From Thermoplasmatales archaeon (GTDB taxonomy: Archaea > Thermoplasmatota > Penumbrarchaeia > Penumbrarchaeales > Penumbrarchaeaceae): DNA of 32,000 bases. How positions within the stretch are numbered: position 1 is the first letter of the stretch; each line of letters opens with the position of its first letter. A model generated the notes under the pieces. That model had not been told where the DNA came from, did no database searches, and saw only the letters and a program-made list of their open reading frames with translations. Location of the stretch: positions 1 to 32,000 of the forward strand of contig JAUVCN010000003.1 in the NCBI GenBank assembly GCA_030595715.1, read 5' to 3'. The position numbers and the translations under genes are program-made. This document shows, in pieces, positions 16,262-23,128 of this stretch.

Positions 16262-19200
16262 TTACGGGGCTCCTTCATTCATCCTGGGTGGTTCCTGTGG
16301 CTGCGCTACGTTCTCGGCAGCAGGTAATTCAGGCAAAGTATCCTTGCCGGGTTCCTTCAGAGCTTCCGGAGGTTTTGAAGCATTTATACCTGGCCGATCG
16401 CCCCCATCAATTATCGCATCGGGGGCCAGCATGGTATCGATGGTCTTTGTCAGATTATCCAGATGGTCCGAGATGGGCTCATTGAACGCATCCAGCCAGT
16501 GGAGGGCACTGATATAATATTCCAGCTCCTCGGACGGCATAATATTTGATATTCTGAACAGGATGATCGGAATGTCCTTGTTCACAGCTCTCTCGATCTC
16601 CCTTAGAACCTGCTGGGATTCGTTGGATTCCGAGGAGAATACAAGGACCATCACTTTCGCGGAATTTATTGCCATGATGATAGATTTGGCCCAGGCCATT
16701 CCAGGGATCACATCTCTGGGGGCGATCCAGCATTTGTAACCGCCCTCCTCCAATTTATTGCAGATGGAATAGGCGGTATTCTGATCTGTATGCGCATAGC
16801 TGATGAACACATCTTTTGGACCTTCTACCGCTTTCTGTCCGATCAATCTTATGATCTTTCTCCTCTTGCGAATGATGAAAAATACCACCAATCCAATGAT
16901 CACTGCTATCACAATGGGCGTGGTCAGAAGGGTGATCAATAATGCCATGGTCCCCTCATCTTTTTTGGCCTTGGTTGGATCCGTTCCATCCAAATACTCC
17001 TGAAGATCGGTCTTTCCATCGCCATCCTCATCGTTGGTAGACGTGTTCAGCAACGGATCCAATCCATGGTCTATCTCCCAGACATCAGGCATCAGGTCGT
17101 CATCAGTATCGGGATCGTCCAATGCTGTTCCGTTCTCGTACTCTGCGATATTGGTCAATCCGTCATTATCAAGATCGTTCATTGCATCTTGTTGTTCGTA
17201 TATATTCAGACCATATTGGATCTCGACAAGATCGGGGATGCCATCTTCATCAATATCGTTTGTGGAAGATAATACGGTGATCGGGAATGTTGTCTGATCA
17301 AGATTCCCTTCCCCATCCGTAACGGTGACCGTCATTGTATATTCACCGGATTGATTTGTGTATCCCTCGATGACGGACCCATAATACGTGGTTGGAAGCC
17401 CACTCCACTTGATCTCCTGTATCCCAACGTTATCGGTAGCATTGATCTGGAAAGAGAATGGGACCCCTGAATATATCGTCACACCGTCCAATTCTCTGAT
17501 GGTCGGGAGGTCGTTATCGGTTATGGTAACGATGCGAACCGGTCCGGTTATCGTGTTTCCCGAGGAATCGATCAGTTCAATGTCGTAAGAGAAGGAGGCT
17601 ATGGAATGATCCAGAATGATCGACAGGCTCCAGGTCCCATCACCATCATCCAACAAGGGAATGTCCGTCCCATTCAATGAACCATGTGACCACGTAGCGG
17701 TCACCATCTCCAGATCGACCCTATCGGATGCTGTGATCTCGAAGATGAACTCATCACCGGTTGTTCCCGTTGAACTGCTGTCATCGGCTTCCAGGACCGG
17801 GTCATCATCATCAGATATCAAGATCATCCTCATTTGAGTAATACCCCAATTTCCCTGGATATCACTGGCATGAAAAATATATTTCAAAGGATCTGTAGAA
17901 TCATCTGGCAATGTGATATCAAGATAATATATTGAGGTTCCAGTCATGGATACATTAATGACATCTCCGTTTCCAAACCAGTATTCAACAAATACACCAC
18001 TCACACCGATGTTATCGGATACGGTGACATTGAAAAGATAGGTATCTCCAGTCGTTCCAAGGTCGGGGCTTCCATCAACGAATAATATCCTATCGTTATC
18101 ATGGATGGTCACGATGGCCTCATCTGTTTGGGCCCAATTGCCCTGAAGATCAGTTGCATGGAAGATGAAATGCAAAGGATCGGTGGAATCTGCTGGAAGG
18201 GATACTATGTCATAAGTATAGGGTCCATCTCCGGCCATTGTGACATTGATCCTTGAGCCTGATCCGAACCAATACTCGACAACGACTGTATTGATGCCGA
18301 TATTATCGAATGCAATTGCTGAAAATCTATAACTATCTCCGGTCGTACCATTTGAAGGTACGTTGCCTGTGAAGATGGGTCTGTCGTTATCTGTGATCGT
18401 GATCGTCTTTTCTGTTGTATATGCCCAGTTTCCCTTTTCATCAGAGAAATGAAAACTGTAATGAAGCCCATCGGTCGAATCGGACGGGATATCCAATTCA
18501 TATGAATATGGGCCGCTCCCTTCCATTGAAATATTGACAACCGATCTTGTTCCAAAGTGGTAATTTACGAAGACCGTATCAATGCCAATATTATCATTCA
18601 CACTGATGTTAAAAAGGAACGTATCGCCTGTTGTTCCTTCGGCATCACTTGTTTCCTCATCCCATGTGGGTTTATCATTGTCAGTGATCATTACAGACTT
18701 CTCGACCATCTGTGCCCAATTTCCTTGAGCATCAGTGGCATGGAAAATATAGTGTAGATCATCGGTTGAGTCTGCTGGTAAGGTAATATCAAGATAATAT
18801 ATTGAGGTTCCAATCATGGATACATTGTCGGCCTCTCCATTTCCATACCAGTATTCAACATATACCATCTCAACACCGATGTTATCATTCACACTGATAT
18901 TGAAAAGGAAAATATCGCCTGTTGTCCCCACAGTATCACTTGATTCAATACCCCAGGTCGGCCTATCATTATCAGTGATCAATACAGATCTTTCGACAGT
19001 AATGTCCCAGTTACCTTGAGCATCACTGGCATTGAAAAAATAGAAGATCGGATCGGTAGAATCTGCAGGAATATTTATTGTCTTCTCGAAATAAAGATTT
19101 CCAATTATGTTCGCTATATGGTGGGATCCAGTACCAAACCAATACTCAACATATACACTAGTTACCCCAATATTATCTGTCACGGTAACATTGAAAGTAT

Positions 19201-20803
19201 ACTGATTTCCAGTAGTACCAGTCGTTGGACTTTGATCAGTGAATGACGGAGCATCATTATCTGTTATGATGATAGTTTTCTCTTTCTCGGCCCAGTTGCC
19301 TGCAGAATCACGAGCGGAGTAAATGTAGTGGATCTTTGTAGCGTTTATTGGAATGAGTACTGAAGAGGTGTTGGTTCCAGACGATCCTATCATGGTTGAA
19401 TTAATATGATTGCCGAAATTGAACCAATACTCAACATATACTACCGGGACATCAATATTGTCGGTCACACTAATTGAGAAACTGAAGGTCTCTCCAGTTG
19501 TCCCAGAGGTATCGCTACCGTCAACACCAAACACCGGTTTATCATTGTCTGTTATTGTTATATCGGTCTGGGCCATGTTGGCCAAGTTGCTTGCAGAATC
19601 ACGGGCGGAGAAAATGTAGTGGATCACGGCAGCATCCGAAGGAACTGACACGGATGAGGTATACGGACCGCTTCCGGTCATTATAGAATTTGTATGAGGA
19701 CCATCCCCAAACCAATATTCTACAGATGCTACAGTCACGCCAATATTATCGGTCACTCCAATAGAGAAACTGAAGGTCTCACCGGTTGTCCCGGTTGTAT
19801 CACTGTCATCTGTCCCAAACACGGGTTTATCATTGTCTGTTATTGTTATATCGGTCTGGGCCATGTTGGCCCAGTTGCCTGAAGAATCACATGCGGAGAA
19901 AATATAGTGGATCACAGCAGCATCCGAAGGAACGGTCACTGAAGAGGTATTCGTTCCGGATGATCCCGCCATAGTTGAGTTTGTATGACTTCCCGTCCCG
20001 AACCAATACTCTACATACACACCAGGTGTATCGATATTATCGGTCACACCAATTGAGAAGTTGAAGGACTCACCAGTAGTGCCAGAGGTATCACTACCAT
20101 CAATCCAAAACACCGGTTTATCATTGTCTGTTATTGCTATATCGACCTGGGTCATGTTGGCCAAGTTACCAGCAGTATCATTTGCGTGGAATATGTAATG
20201 GATCACAGCAGCATCCGAAGGAACATTCACTGAAGAGGTATTCGTTCCAGATGATCCTGCCATAGTTGAGTTTGTATGACTTCCCGTCCCGAACCAATAC
20301 TCTACATACACACCAGGTGTATCGATATTATCGGTCACACCAATAGAGAAACTGAAGGTCTCACCAGTTGTCCCAGAGATATCGCTACCGTCAGTGCCGA
20401 AGATGGGTTCATCGTTGTCCGATACCACCCTGCTGTACCGGCCTGATTCTATTGTATTCGTTCCATCAGTTCCATTATAGGTCCAGTAAAGATAATCTGT
20501 ACTATCATCCGGGAAATCATTTGCTGAAATTGTATGTGTGAAGGTACCAGATGTATTGGACATGGTATTGATCGTTGTTGTTGACGATCCGATACCGAAC
20601 CAGTATGTGACATCAACTGTAATATCATCCTCTCCTCCTGAACTATCCACCTGAAAGGTGAATGGATCACCGGTAGTCGCAAAGGTTGTGGAGGATTCAT
20701 TGGAGAAAGTTGGAGCACCTTGGGCAAAGAATGTGAATAAAACCGTCATTGATGAAAGGACCAAGATCAAGCCAATTACCAAAAAAACTACTCTCTTGTA
20801 CAT
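16262..20803 (-). CDS. Giant receptor-like surface protein: 11 tandem ~97-aa repeats + Ig/PKD-like unit + thrombospondin-type-3-like repeats + TM helix + cytoplasmic TIR domain
   Basis: The ORF is open to 20959 (1565 aa). The likely start is the ATG at 20803, with a GGGTG SD-like motif 7-11 nt upstream and a signal anchor directly after it (MYKRVVFLVIGLILVLSSMTVLF). The TM helix is at 16871..16948 (MALLITLLTTPIVIAVIIGLVVFFII) followed by RKRRK. The TIR-like module is at about 16480..16813: DVFISYAHTDQNTAYSICNKLEEGGYKCWIAPRDVIPGMAWAKSIIMAINSAKVMVLVFSSESNESQQVLREIERAVNKDIPIILFRIS. Confidence 0.9.
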   Translation of the reverse strand: MYKRVVFLVIGLILVLSSMTVLFTFFAQGAPTFSNESSTTFATTGDPFTFQVDSSGGEDDITVDVTYWFGIGSSTTTINTMSNTSGTFTHTISANDFPDDSTDYLYWTYNGTDGTNTIESGRYSRVVSDNDEPIFGTDGSDISGTTGETFSFSIGVTDNIDTPGVYVEYWFGTGSHTNSTMAGSSGTNTSSVNVPSDAAVIHYIFHANDTAGNLANMTQVDIAITDNDKPVFWIDGSDTSGTTGESFNFSIGVTDNIDTPGVYVEYWFGTGSHTNSTMAGSSGTNTSSVTVPSDAAVIHYIFSACDSSGNWANMAQTDITITDNDKPVFGTDDSDTTGTTGETFSFSIGVTDNIGVTVASVEYWFGDGPHTNSIMTGSGPYTSSVSVPSDAAVIHYIFSARDSASNLANMAQTDITITDNDKPVFGVDGSDTSGTTGETFSFSISVTDNIDVPVVYVEYWFNFGNHINSTMIGSSGTNTSSVLIPINATKIHYIYSARDSAGNWAEKEKTIIITDNDAPSFTDQSPTTGTTGNQYTFNVTVTDNIGVTSVYVEYWFGTGSHHIANIIGNLYFEKTINIPADSTDPIFYFFNASDAQGNWDITVERSVLITDNDRPTWGIESSDTVGTTGDIFLFNISVNDNIGVEMVYVEYWYGNGEADNVSMIGTSIYYLDITLPADSTDDLHYIFHATDAQGNWAQMVEKSVMITDNDKPTWDEETSDAEGTTGDTFLFNISVNDNIGIDTVFVNYHFGTRSVVNISMEGSGPYSYELDIPSDSTDGLHYSFHFSDEKGNWAYTTEKTITITDNDRPIFTGNVPSNGTTGDSYRFSAIAFDNIGINTVVVEYWFGSGSRINVTMAGDGPYTYDIVSLPADSTDPLHFIFHATDLQGNWAQTDEAIVTIHDNDRILFVDGSPDLGTTGDTYLFNVTVSDNIGVSGVFVEYWFGNGDVINVSMTGTSIYYLDITLPDDSTDPLKYIFHASDIQGNWGITQMRMILISDDDDPVLEADDSSSTGTTGDEFIFEITASDRVDLEMVTATWSHGSLNGTDIPLLDDGDGTWSLSIILDHSIASFSYDIELIDSSGNTITGPVRIVTITDNDLPTIRELDGVTIYSGVPFSFQINATDNVGIQEIKWSGLPTTYYGSVIEGYTNQSGEYTMTVTVTDGEGNLDQTTFPITVLSSTNDIDEDGIPDLVEIQYGLNIYEQQDAMNDLDNDGLTNIAEYENGTALDDPDTDDDLMPDVWEIDHGLDPLLNTSTNDEDGDGKTDLQEYLDGTDPTKAKKDEGTMALLITLLTTPIVIAVIIGLVVFFIIRKRRKIIRLIGQKAVEGPKDVFISYAHTDQNTAYSICNKLEEGGYKCWIAPRDVIPGMAWAKSIIMAINSAKVMVLVFSSESNESQQVLREIERAVNKDIPIILFRISNIMPSEELEYYISALHWLDAFNEPISDHLDNLTKTIDTMLAPDAIIDGGDRPGINASKPPEALKEPGKDTLPELPAAENVAQPQEPPRMNEGAP
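17520..20715 (-). repeat. In-frame tandem coding repeats (period 288-291 bp, 11 units) inside the TIR-tailed surface protein gene
   Basis: Unit boundaries are marked by I-T-D-N-D-(K/R/A)-P. Conserved motifs are GTTG, (V/S)TDNIG(V/I), VEYWFG and GNWA. The string ATCATTGTCTGTTATTG recurs at 19541, 19829 and 20120. Units between about 19440 and 20420 are near-identical at the DNA level. A higher-order 870-bp (3-unit) similarity links about 17915 to about 18785. Confidence 0.85.
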
Positions 20804-21209
20804 TGAAACACCCACTTCAGACCTGAACCTTCTATAGGAACATATTTCGATACTCGGGACACAGTCGGTCGATCTGACCGATATTACCAAACAAAAAGGA
20901 TTCCGCATCCGTATCAGGAATCGCATTATCCTTTTCAAATAAAAGTAGGAATAGACCACTCAGGGGAGATGTATCTCTTCATACCTCTATTTGGAGATGG
21001 CCTTTCTTAATAGGATCAATTGATATATATTCTTAATCGAACACATTACTGGCTGTAACGGACCTGCCCGCCCATCGATCCACGATGGACAGATACCCTA
21101 TGGGATCGGATTCATTCGATAGATCTAAAAACAATATAGAAGGTGGTCACTGCTCCTGTGACTATCCCGCTCGCAAAAGCCAGGAATACATAGAAAACGA
21201 TAGGATCGC

Positions 21210-21431
21210 TCATCTACGTCCCACCGGGGAAAAATTGACCGGGTCTGCTCTTCTCATGTCAAGGTCCCCCTCATCATAATGATGTCTCAACAGTGAAGAA
21301 ATGATCGATCCGCCTTCACTCTCTTTCAATCTTCTTGAGCAACCAGGACACCTGTATACGGTTATCAGGCCCCTGAAGATGCTATCTTTGTGTGATTCTT
21401 CCATTCTTGTACCACATCGGTCACATCTCAT
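21210..21431 (-). CDS. Small zinc-ribbon protein (73 aa), hypothetical
   Basis: MRCDRCGTRM...YRCPGCSRRL has two CxxC pairs 22 residues apart. A GGAGG motif lies 8 nt upstream of the ATG. The gene is on the same strand as, and upstream of, the TIR-tailed gene. Confidence 0.5.
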   Translation of the reverse strand: MRCDRCGTRMEESHKDSIFRGLITVYRCPGCSRRLKESEGGSIISSLLRHHYDEGDLDMRRADPVNFSPVGRR

Positions 21432-21664
21432 AGAGTTTCCTCCGTGACATACTATTGAAAACGTATGGATTTATACTTGTCAGGGAGGTCCCGGGGGGTC
21501 ACCAATTCCATTGGATCTGATATATGGGGCGCATTTTTTGAGCCGACCGTCCAATTCTCAATAATGGACATCCGAATTATTGGATCATTTGTCCATGTTA
21601 TAGGGTCTGATCAGAGAATTGGATCAAGGCAAGAACTATGAAGAAACTATGTGATCGGTCATGG

Positions 21665-22672
21665 TCAGTATCCTCTCTGTTTATCGATCATATTAAGCAG
21701 GTTCTCACCATTGAAGAACTTTTCAAGATTAACCATGAACAAACAAACTATTCGATCATCGGCAGGGTCCCCCCCTACAGAAGAATGAGGAGTGATCAGT
21801 ACATTTTCCATCGACCACAATGGACTGTCATTTCGAAGAGGCTCTTTGGAGAAAACGTCGAGACCAGCACCTGCGATCCAACCTTCATCAAGAGCCCTGA
21901 TGAGGTCATCCTCAACCACGACCTCGCCTCTTCCTATGTTAATAAAGAAGGCGGTTTTCTTCATTGATCTCAATTCCTCGGCGCCAAAGGAACCTTTTGT
22001 CTCGCTTGTCAATGGGGTTGTCAAGACCACATGATCGCAAAGAGGCAGCATTTCCAAAATATCCCCAGGACCGAATATCCGATCAGGAAGTTCACCCTCT
22101 ACATCACAACGAGTATCCTCATGATAGTTCTCAATTGATCTTTTCATTGGGTTCTTCTTCAATGCCAGGACATTCATATCGAATCCTCTGGCGATCCGGG
22201 CAATTGCTCTCCCGATCCTACCGTAACCAATTATCCCTATCGTGGAGCCCGCCAACCTTTGCAATATCGGTTGGTCCTCCCATCCAAGCCATTCATTCCG
22301 TTCCTGATATTTTTCATACAACCTGGTCTTCCGGCTAAAATTGAGCATATAGGTGAAAGCATGTTCGGCCATATGGACTGAATGGGCGCCTCCTGCATTT
22401 GTCAGGATGATGTCACTTTTCCTGAATTCATCTGTCATCCGGTCAACACCTTCCCAGATGAATTGGACCCATTTCAATTTTGGAGCGATCGAAGGGTCCT
22501 TTGGAAGTATCCGGGTCATCAGGATATCTGTGTCGGTGATCTCTCTTTCCTGTTCTTCCTCATCGGTTATCTTAACGATATCAAGCCCTGGAAACCTTTC
22601 AGCGATCATTGAAATATACTTCTCATCGAGATCCTTACCAATGACGAGCTTCAAGGTATGTTTGTTGTTCAT
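21665..22672 (-). CDS. D-isomer-specific 2-hydroxyacid dehydrogenase family (NAD-binding; glyoxylate/hydroxypyruvate reductase or PGDH-like)
   Basis: The ORF is open to 22738. The likely start is MNNKHTLKLV at 22672. The NAD fold is TIGIIGYGRIGRAIARIARGFDMNVLA. The catalytic Arg/Glu/His contexts are NIGRGEVV, DVFSKEPL and ITPHSS. Confidence 0.85.
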   Translation of the reverse strand: MNNKHTLKLVIGKDLDEKYISMIAERFPGLDIVKITDEEEQEREITDTDILMTRILPKDPSIAPKLKWVQFIWEGVDRMTDEFRKSDIILTNAGGAHSVHMAEHAFTYMLNFSRKTRLYEKYQERNEWLGWEDQPILQRLAGSTIGIIGYGRIGRAIARIARGFDMNVLALKKNPMKRSIENYHEDTRCDVEGELPDRIFGPGDILEMLPLCDHVVLTTPLTSETKGSFGAEELRSMKKTAFFINIGRGEVVVEDDLIRALDEGWIAGAGLDVFSKEPLRNDSPLWSMENVLITPHSSVGGDPADDRIVCLFMVNLEKFFNGENLLNMIDKQRGY

Positions 22673-22774
22673 AGGCCTGCCTCGAACAATGAATCGTTCA
22701 ATATCACATAAAACCTGCCCTTTCACCATAACTATCAAGTATCGAACCCGTCAATTGATACCGAGGGCAAAATA

Positions 22775-22936
22775 ATGTTCGATCAAAAAGATGTGTCCAA
22801 TATTGGCGATGAATATGAACGAGGTCTTTCTGTCTACAAAGGTGCTTTTGATAAGGAGCAGAAAAAGGCATTGAGAACCGCTTTCGAAATGGCAATGATG
22901 AATGCTCTTGTGACCATAGAGGGAAGATTAAAATAA
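22775..22936 (+). CDS. Hypothetical small protein (53 aa, below the ORF-track cutoff)
   Basis: ATG..TAA encodes MFDQKDVSNIGDEYERGLSVYKGAFDKEQKKALRTAFEMAMMNALVTIEGRLK. The composition is balanced and helical-looking. It fills an otherwise empty intergenic gap. No family recognised. Confidence 0.35.
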   Translation: MFDQKDVSNIGDEYERGLSVYKGAFDKEQKKALRTAFEMAMMNALVTIEGRLK

Positions 22937-23128
22937 AAGCCCGCATCACAAATCTATAGAATTATACATAATGTTACATTATTATACATCATTGTCAAAA
23001 TCATTTGGCCTGATGTAGCTATTTATTCAATAATCCTTGATTAATTTGTATAATTTACATTAATGTCCCATATTGGAACTCAGTATGAAACCTTTTTAAG
23101 GAATTGGTCTGGTTTTAAAAACTAACCT

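Noticed and set aside
17520-20715. Regular ~290-bp periodic repeats that could superficially suggest a repeat array or CRISPR
   Set aside because: The period is far too long and there are no short repeat/unique spacer units. The repeats are in frame within one long ORF and correspond to protein domain units.
20804-20959. 52-codon N-terminal extension of the TIR-tailed protein ORF (MVYSYFYLKRIMRFLIRMRNPFCLVIS...)
   Set aside because: The extension is Arg/Cys/Phe-rich and would bury the signal anchor internally. The ATG at 20803 has an SD-like GGGTG and gives a canonical signal anchor. The longer start cannot be fully excluded.
20985-21030. AGGATCAAT (in TAATAGGATCAATTGAT), which matches the reverse complement of part of the att-like core (ATTGATCCT), as a possible distal att site upstream of the TIR gene
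   Set aside because: Only 9 nt match and the tRNA-derived part (CCCAGTGCTCCCACC) is absent. This is compatible with chance.
22704-22949. 81-aa minus-strand ORF
   Set aside because: It overlaps the 5' end of the dehydrogenase ORF. Its sequence is aromatic/Arg/His/Cys-rich and improbable. The 53-aa plus-strand ORF in the same gap is more protein-like, though itself of low confidence.
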